Shown piece after piece: positions 62,441 to 64,000 of a stretch of DNA of 64,000 nucleotides. How positions within the stretch are numbered: the first letter of the stretch is position 1; each line of letters begins with the position of its first letter. A model generated the notes under the pieces. The model worked only from the letters and a program-made list of their open reading frames with translations, was not told the DNA's origin and did no database searches. Made by a program: the position numbers and the translations under genes. The stretch comes from Amoebophrya sp. A120 (Eukaryota > Protista > Dinoflagellata). The DNA lies in assembly GCA_905178155.1 (NCBI GenBank), contig CAJINV010000008.1, forward strand, positions 1,116,001-1,180,000. Reading direction: 5' to 3'.

Positions 62441-64000
62441 ATGTCGCGAATTTGGTTTAGGAGATTGATCGCTGTACCACTGCTAGCGGCGTTCATCTAC
62501 TTTAACGATGGAACGACGTGGAGCTGCAGCGCATTGAGGGTGCCTGCGTCCTCCTCCTCCTCGTCATTGCCACTTAGGAATGCCGAGGAAGAAGCTCCAC
62601 CCCACGCTGACGCTGGCGCAGGACCACCCGCAGCTCAGGCACAATTTTCGTCTTCTGTAGCTGGAGTAGGTGAACTTGAATTGGCGCGTCCAAAAGTACC
62701 AGGAGCAGCGGCAGCAGATGCGGCACGACAACGCTCAGAGTTGAAAGCAAAAATCGGATATCTCCGAGATTACCTGCACGAAGTCTGCGAGAGCACTTGG
62801 AAAGCGAAATTCGCGGAAGACATCGACTGTAATAAGTTCGTCGCAGCGTTGGATAAAATCAAGCAGGACAGCGAGGACAGCGACAGGCGCGAGATGAAAA
62901 AATTGCTGACGAGAATTCAGACTCTTTACGTCGCAAGGCTCAAGGAGTTGCAGTCTCAGCAGAAGGGAAAGAAAGGTGGCCCTGGCCGTGGTCGGTCGCA
63001 GTCTCCGTCCCCGTCCCGGTCCAGAAGTCGGAGCAGAAAAAGTCAAAGGACGGGCCAAGAGCAACATCTTCGTGAAGGTCGCCAAGAGGAGCAACAGGAT
63101 CAACACCGGGAACAAGTACCAGTGTTGAAAACGCCGGGCCTGGAAGCCTACGAGACAGCGCAGCAAGGATTAGATAATGCAGCTCGCCGCCGCGGACTGA
63201 AGCGCCAGCGCCGGTCTTCAGGTAGTTCTTACGAGAGAGCAGACGATTATGGCGACGAGCTGCAAGAGCTGTACGACATGGAGGAGGGGTGCGCGAGAGC
63301 CGACCAGAGCGCGCAGTCTACATTGGAGAGCCGCGCCCTGCAGCTGGCAATTACTGATTACGCGAAGGAGTATATTCGCGAGAGCGAAATCTTCGCAGGT
63401 GCCGGTCGCCCGCGAGCGAATTTGCCCGTTCGGGTAGCGTCGTGGATGGTTTCTGAATTAACGGCATTGCTTGTGACCACAGCGTTTATGCAGACCGCAG
63501 GACAGCTGCATGTGGCGATTCCGGCGGCACAGGCGATTCCGTTTCACTACGAACTCGCGGTGTTTGGCTTTCCATTCTTGGTGAACTTTTTCGGAAATCG
63601 ATTGTCCGGGGCGACGAAATGGGTATCGAAAGGGATCGGCATGTGCAGCCTGGCGCTTGCGGTGCAGGCCTTTAAATGGCCGGTCGCCTTGACGCCACTG
63701 GGCGTTGCCACGAACTTGGTTCCCGCAGCGCTCCGAGGGGCTCAAGCGGTGCTCCCGACGAGCGCGGACCGGAAGCGGAGGCGCTGCGAGGGATGCTTCG
63801 ACACGATAGCCGACGAGATTGGAGCGCCATCGAAGGAGGTCGTTGCGGCGGAGCGCTTCCAGTTCCGCAGCTTCGTCGCGAATTCTATGTTCTCGCTGGC
63901 CGCAAAGACCACGGAGTCGCTCTTTCCCGGACGATCCACGGAGGAAATGCTCGACCTGCACACGCGCGCAGTGGTCGTCGGCGTACCTCTTGCGGAGGTG
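62441..64000 (+). CDS. Hypothetical secreted/membrane protein, runs off the window end (absent from the ORF track)
   Basis: ATG at 62441 gives MSRIWFRRLIAVPLLAAFIYF..., open for 520 codons to the window end. Contains an RS-rich segment and hydrophobic stretches near 63440-63720. Confidence 0.7.
   Translation, partial: MSRIWFRRLIAVPLLAAFIYFNDGTTWSCSALRVPASSSSSSLPLRNAEEEAPPHADAGAGPPAAQAQFSSSVAGVGELELARPKVPGAAAADAARQRSELKAKIGYLRDYLHEVCESTWKAKFAEDIDCNKFVAALDKIKQDSEDSDRREMKKLLTRIQTLYVARLKELQSQQKGKKGGPGRGRSQSPSPSRSRSRSRKSQRTGQEQHLREGRQEEQQDQHREQVPVLKTPGLEAYETAQQGLDNAARRRGLKRQRRSSGSSYERADDYGDELQELYDMEEGCARADQSAQSTLESRALQLAITDYAKEYIRESEIFAGAGRPRANLPVRVASWMVSELTALLVTTAFMQTAGQLHVAIPAAQAIPFHYELAVFGFPFLVNFFGNRLSGATKWVSKGIGMCSLALAVQAFKWPVALTPLGVATNLVPAALRGAQAVLPTSADRKRRRCEGCFDTIADEIGAPSKEVVAAERFQFRSFVANSMFSLAAKTTESLFPGRSTEEMLDLHTRAVVVGVPLAEV

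Noticed and set aside
262-63963. Long minus-strand ORFs such as 262-1170, 11082-11957, 48897-49664 and 63458-63961
   Set aside because: They are antisense shadows of GC3-rich plus-strand coding sequence.

Overview
This is eukaryotic genomic DNA. All recognisable genes (about 14) lie on the + strand, with short GT-AG introns plus many non-canonical insertions, which fits a dinoflagellate/syndinian alveolate such as Amoebophrya (inference). Recognisable products are a TLC-domain membrane protein, Prp18, a Nup58/Nup49-like FG nucleoporin, a degenerate dynamin-related protein with an inserted FHA domain, SRP19, a RING protein, a SPEF1/SPATA4-type CH-domain protein, a GT17 (MGAT3-like) glycosyltransferase and a fused PPCDC-PPCS CoA enzyme. 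There is also a 5'-truncated RT+RNase H LINE. The main signal is ten 109-311 bp terminal-inverted-repeat (TIR) elements from five sequence families. All sit inside coding exons, start TAT, end ATA and carry a 5-bp target-site duplication (TSD). In every case, removing the element plus one TSD restores the reading frame. Nine of the ten cannot be removed cleanly as GT-AG, and related copies occur in both orientations, which points to a symmetric, TIR-guided removal (introner-like). A roughly 5.2 kb GC-rich, internally palindromic TIR element appears to split another gene in the same way. A candidate hammerhead ribozyme lies just 3' of the LINE ORF.
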